From positions 19,599,910 through 19,663,909 of the forward strand of contig NC_134031.1 of NCBI RefSeq assembly GCF_964204645.1: a stretch of DNA of 64,000 nt, read 5' to 3'. Below, in pieces: positions 61,696-64,000 of the stretch. Origin of the DNA: Tubulanus polymorphus. Taxonomy: Eukaryota; Animalia; Nemertea. Each line of letters opens with the position of its first letter. The stretch's first letter is position 1. Under the pieces are notes generated by a model. That model made no database searches. It was not told the origin of the DNA and saw only the letters and a list, made by a program, of their open reading frames with translations. The position numbers and the translations under genes were made by a program.

Positions 61696-64000
61696 TTAGT
61701 TTCGACGACCCTTTCTCAGTGAAGCCGGTGTCGGGCTGGTCGCGGTACGACGCAGCGACGCTCGCCCGGTCGGCGTAGTCGTACGCGCCAATCGACCCGG
61801 TGATACGCCGCGAGTAGGAGAACGTTGACGCGAAGGCGCGAGTCTCGTCGGCGGCGTGTGCATGTCGATGCTTTCGTCGAGTTTTTTAGTTTCGTGGTCG
61901 AGTAAAACTGCGTCGAGATTCGCGTCGCGGGCAATGTTTGTGAGCGAACCGTCGAGGATGCTTCGAATGTCACGGATTTCGTCTCCCGTTCGAGCGCTGC
62001 GTGAGATGTATTGCTGACGTTTTCGCATCTCCTGATTCAACTGATCTTTCAATGTAGCGTTCTGAAATAGAGAAAAAAGACAAACTCGATAAAATCTAAA
62101 TGTAGAGGCACATATCCTAAGTGAGACGCTTGTTATCGTCATTGAGGAAAACCCACAATATCAATTTCAACAACTGTTATTGTTTCTTTTAACATTTCAG
62201 GTGGAATCCTTCCACCTAACCTCACAGGTTATTTGAAATATCATAAGTTTTATTTTCTATTTACGAATAAACTCTGAAGATTATGTAAGCATTATACGGA
62301 AGCGGTAAAAGTTGCTTTATAATATTCTATGTTTCGATGTCAGACATATTTTGCCAGTCCAAAGTTGTCTGACATATAGAAGTGAGAGTATGGCACTATT
62401 AAACTACAAGAAATATCTGTTTTAAAGAATCAATAGTGAGTTGTTGTTGAAGTTATATTTACCTGTTCCTCGAGTCCTTTAACTCGTTGTCTGTGAGCGC
62501 GTTCACGTGACTCGAGAGCTCGTTCTGCTTGAATCTGACCAGTTCTCAGACGCTCGGTTTCCATTTCGGTTTCAGAGCGGTGTCGAGTTGTGAGATCGAT
62601 CAGCCTGAAAATATCGACGCAAATTCAATTCATTAAATCACTGCTTTACTATAGTTTGATATCTTGAGACGGACATCATTTGATAACATCAAACCAGCTT
62701 GAAATACGAAGTTTAAAATCCGGACATTTCAAAAACTGGATACATTTTATCGGTCAGAATAAAGTGGGGTCTACTGGAGAAACAAGGAATGAAAGATAAT
62801 TTGAAACTTGTCTTACCTTTGTGCGTGTTGCTGTTCAGTTTCGGCGAGAGTCTGTTGAAGATTCTGAAGTTGTCTTTGTAATTCCATATTCTCCTCTTCC
62901 AATCGACCGAGCGAATGATCGAGAGTTGATTTCTCCGTCAACGACTTGCACGCTACCTCCTCGGTTTTCAACTTTTCGCGTTCGACCTTGTCGAGAGTTT
63001 TCCTCAACGCGTTCTTGTCTTTCTCCAGTCGAATTTGACTGCGTTCGATTTCGCGTTTTTCGTTTTCGATGTTCGCGAGCGTTCGTTGTAACGACGCGAC
63101 GCGTTCCGTCAGAGCTTGTTTCTCCGCCTGAGCTTTCTGCAGACGTTGGTTCAACTCTTGTTCGCTCTCTTGACGCTGGACGATCACCTAAAAGGAGGAA
63201 ATGTTTCAAAATGAGATTCAAATAATACTTAATTTCCTCCCAATCTGTGTAAAGCAATATTGAGGTATAACAACCAAATATCCATTACACTGACAATCTT
63301 CAGGGCCCAGTTTTACAGACTGGTATTATCTTTAACCTGGGAACTCCCCTGGGTTTAAGACCAGTCTACCTATAAAACTGGCCATTACACTGACATTTCA
63401 GAAAAAATGCCTCCACCAATCTTCAGGGGCCAGTTTATCAGACTTATATTATCTTAAACCCAGGGGTTTGGATTCTTATTTTCAATATTCTTGGTCTTTT
63501 ATATTAAACATCATACACTAAAAAGACTAGTGACTAGTCCTAATTAAGATGAAGTATGGCTGAATATCTATTTAACTTACAGTATGAGATTGTCTGACTT
63601 GTCCTTCGATTTCAGCGCGACGTACTTCACTTTCCGACATTTCGTTTTGCAACATTTGCGTGCGTTCCATCAGATTGTGGTTCTGTTTCTTCGCTTCGTT
63701 CAAAGCCAATCTGCAAAAATACCGAAAATTAATGAAATTCAAGATTTTGCAAGCTTCGTAATATCGAGAATAAGAACAAAAATCTAAATGAAAGAGGACG
63801 AACCTGGTTGTATCGAGTCTCTCTTGCAGGACTCGACGATCATGTTCGCTGCTTGTTAACGCTTTCTGTAACTGTTGGCAACGATCCTGCAGTTCCTGGA
63901 TGGTGTTGGTACTGTCGGACAGCGTCATGTTTAGCGCCTGTACCTTGTCCTTCGATGAACTGCCTTCCTCTTCGGTTTTCGCGAGTGAAACGCTCAAACG
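61696..64000 (-). CDS. CROCC: Rootletin (ciliary rootlet coiled-coil protein), 3' exons only; gene continues beyond the window
   Basis: Exons >64000-63804, 63710-63581, 63187-62817, 62604-62463, 62061-61696. Coiled coil with SEHDRRVLQERLD, RLEKDKNALRKTLDKVEREKL and QAERALESRERAHRQRVKGLEEQ, characteristic of the rootletin C-terminus. Confidence 0.92.

Noticed and set aside
62821-63257. Overlapping 134-aa and 140-aa ORFs at the rootletin exon
   Set aside because: Antisense and alternate-frame shadows of a codon-biased coiled-coil exon.

Overview
AT-rich, intron-containing animal genomic DNA, probably from an invertebrate (lophotrochozoan-like; taxon is inference only). About 1-35 kb is the regulatory landscape of a three-exon BarH-class homeobox gene on the minus strand. 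It also holds two tRNA genes (Ala-TGC, initiator Met) and dispersed repeats. About 35-64 kb is gene-dense: TMEM201/Samp1 (-) and FTSJ1/TRM7 (+) head-to-head, an unrecognised 101-aa secreted six-cysteine peptide gene (-), DNAJC16 (+), and the 3' end of rootletin/CROCC (-). The most unusual structure is a ~470-bp foldback element just downstream of BarH. It carries four tandem 69-bp minimal type I hammerhead ribozyme motifs plus one inverted intact copy, is flanked by a 13-bp direct repeat, and has two decayed relatives elsewhere in the window. Gene models were spliced by eye using GT-AG sites and frame consistency; no database searches were run.
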